In this document: positions 63,381 to 64,000 of the stretch, one piece after another
How the letters are laid out: each line of letters begins with the position of its first letter
How positions within the stretch are numbered: the first letter of the stretch is position 1
From: Heptranchias perlo
Lineage: Eukaryota
NCBI RefSeq assembly: GCF_035084215.1
Contig: NC_090325.1
Coordinates: forward strand, 121,892,001-121,956,000
Direction: 5' to 3'
DNA: 64,000 nt
The notes under the pieces: generated by a model
Told to the model about the DNA's origin: nothing
The model's database searches: none
Seen by the model: the letters and a program-made list of their open reading frames with translations, nothing else
Translations under genes and position numbers: made by a program

Positions 63381-64000
63381 AGAAACATCAAGTAAATGTA
63401 ACCATTCCTGTTCATGTTTCCCATCACTTATGATTCACGTCAGGTGAAAGCAGGTGAGAAGGAGCAGATCCATGAGATGAATGCCTTTATTGCACTGTCA
63501 GCAGGCCAGGAGGAGCAGGAGTTCTTCATCCAGACCCCAAGCTCACCAGGCATGATCAGAACCCCCACCATCGGCCGACCACTCCCCCCGATGCTGGACT
63601 GCCCCTGATGCTGGACCCCTTCACACCCCGGATGCTAAACCCCCACATAATGCTGGATCCCCCACCCCGATGGTCTCGAAGGCCAACCCGATTTCTTCCA
63701 TGGCCCACGATTTATCTCTCCCCCCTCTCCAACTCACAGCTCCATTCCCTTCCGACAGGCAGCCAACCTGTCAATCTGGCTGCCTGGTGCACACATACTT
63801 ACCTTCAATTGAGTTGCGATTACAGTTTGCGATGCACTCACTTGACCTCCGGTTTCCCCGCACGAATATCTAAGGACACACTGGGTTCCTGGACCCGAGC
63901 TAAAATCATGCCCTTGCTCTCCTGGTGCTGAATCTCACGCGAGGATTTCCAGATCAGAAAATCTGATGCAAAGATGATCGTGTGTCTTATGTGGCACTCC
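63381..64000 (+). repeat. Start of a further tandem unit, truncated by the window end
   Basis: Matches 44525-45143 (offset about 18857). Confidence 0.9.

Overview
Vertebrate genomic DNA; the repeat content (CR1/L2 LINEs, Penelope, Harbinger-type Myb remnants, Deu-type SINE) suggests a cartilaginous fish, which is an inference. The window holds a tandem array of three intact four-exon, non-ELR CXC chemokine genes on the + strand (ATG at 14153, 27658 and 46505; 96 aa each; CXCL9/10/11-like features). The ORF track misses them because they are spliced. The right two-thirds is a recent ~18.86 kb tandem duplication that runs off the window end, predicting a fourth gene at about 65.36 kb, and each of these units carries an internal ~3.6 kb duplication. 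A 224-bp non-coding block with a perfect GAS, a perfect ISRE and a kB-like site occurs six times; the copies at 3153 and 33763 are identical even though their flanks differ. It is a candidate interferon-responsive enhancer whose dosage doubled in the younger units. The older unit (1-25.7 kb) also carries a solo LTR, a near-full-length single-ORF LINE, an L2 fragment and an inverted Penelope insertion with hammerhead ribozymes. All alignments were made by eye; no database search was possible.
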